DNA of 16,043 nucleotides, from positions 1 to 16,043 of the forward strand of contig JBJKQR010000028.1 of NCBI GenBank assembly GCA_046735395.1. The letters are read 5' to 3'. Positions 15,784-16,043 of the stretch are shown here, in pieces. The position numbers and the translations under genes are program-made. The notes under the pieces are model-generated. The model made no database searches. It was not told the DNA's origin and saw only the letters and a list, made by a program, of their open reading frames with translations. This DNA is from Fidelibacterota bacterium (GTDB taxonomy: Bacteria > Fidelibacterota > Fidelibacteria > Fidelibacterales > DSDE01). The first letter of the stretch is position 1, and every line of letters starts with the position of its first letter.

Positions 15784-16035
15784 TTCGTGTTTATCCGTGT
15801 CATCCGTGGACAGTTATTTTCATTGGAATTTGCAGATAAACCGGGTGAGTAATGTTGGCGGGTGGGCGTGTTCGATGGGTAAATGGGTAAATGGGTAGAT
15901 GGGTAGATGGGGAAGAAAACGAGACTGGATTCGTGGTCGGAATCCGAGGTTAGAGTTTCAGGATTTTTCGTGTATATTCGTGTCATTTGTGGAAAATTCT
16001 TCATTTCGTGTTCATCCGTGTTCTTTGTGGACAAT
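15784..16035. repeat. Third, dispersed copy of the ~250-bp composite repeat, same orientation
   Basis: 15841-16031 aligns closely with unit A from about 11243 to 11432. 27-bp modules start at 15784, 15967 and 16005. The array may continue beyond the window edge. Confidence 0.95.
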
Positions 16036-16043
16036 GATTACTT

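Overview
Bacterial chromosomal window, probably from an FCB-group lineage outside the Bacteroidia (inferred from a PorV/PorQ-type barrel, Gln after most signal-peptide cuts and ordinary Shine-Dalgarno sites). The left ~3.2 kb is the distal end of a tandem integrative-island array. An excisionase-type HTH gene is followed by a 175-bp attR-like site made of arm-type repeats, 10-bp periodic repeats, an IHF consensus and a tRNA 3'-end core. A second colinear copy of this site lies exactly 2436 bp downstream. Between the two sits an integrase-less module carrying only toxin-antitoxin genes: dinJ/relB, a truncated yafQ and an intact, probably leaderless abiEi-abiEii pair. The middle holds a PorV-like protein with an extra C-terminal barrel-like domain and a minus-strand operon (DUF1302-like barrel, TetR, MMPL/RND, LolA-like, DUF2141). 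On the right, a ~250-bp composite non-coding repeat (27-bp triple-CGTG modules, 8-bp G-rich tandems and an invariant small hairpin) occurs in tandem at 11.15-11.69 kb and again at 15.78-16.04 kb. These copies bracket, as direct repeats, an ATP-cone/Mrr-type nuclease gene and a large amidase_3/Golvesin/FN3 lipoprotein gene. All family calls come from motif recognition by eye; no searches were run.
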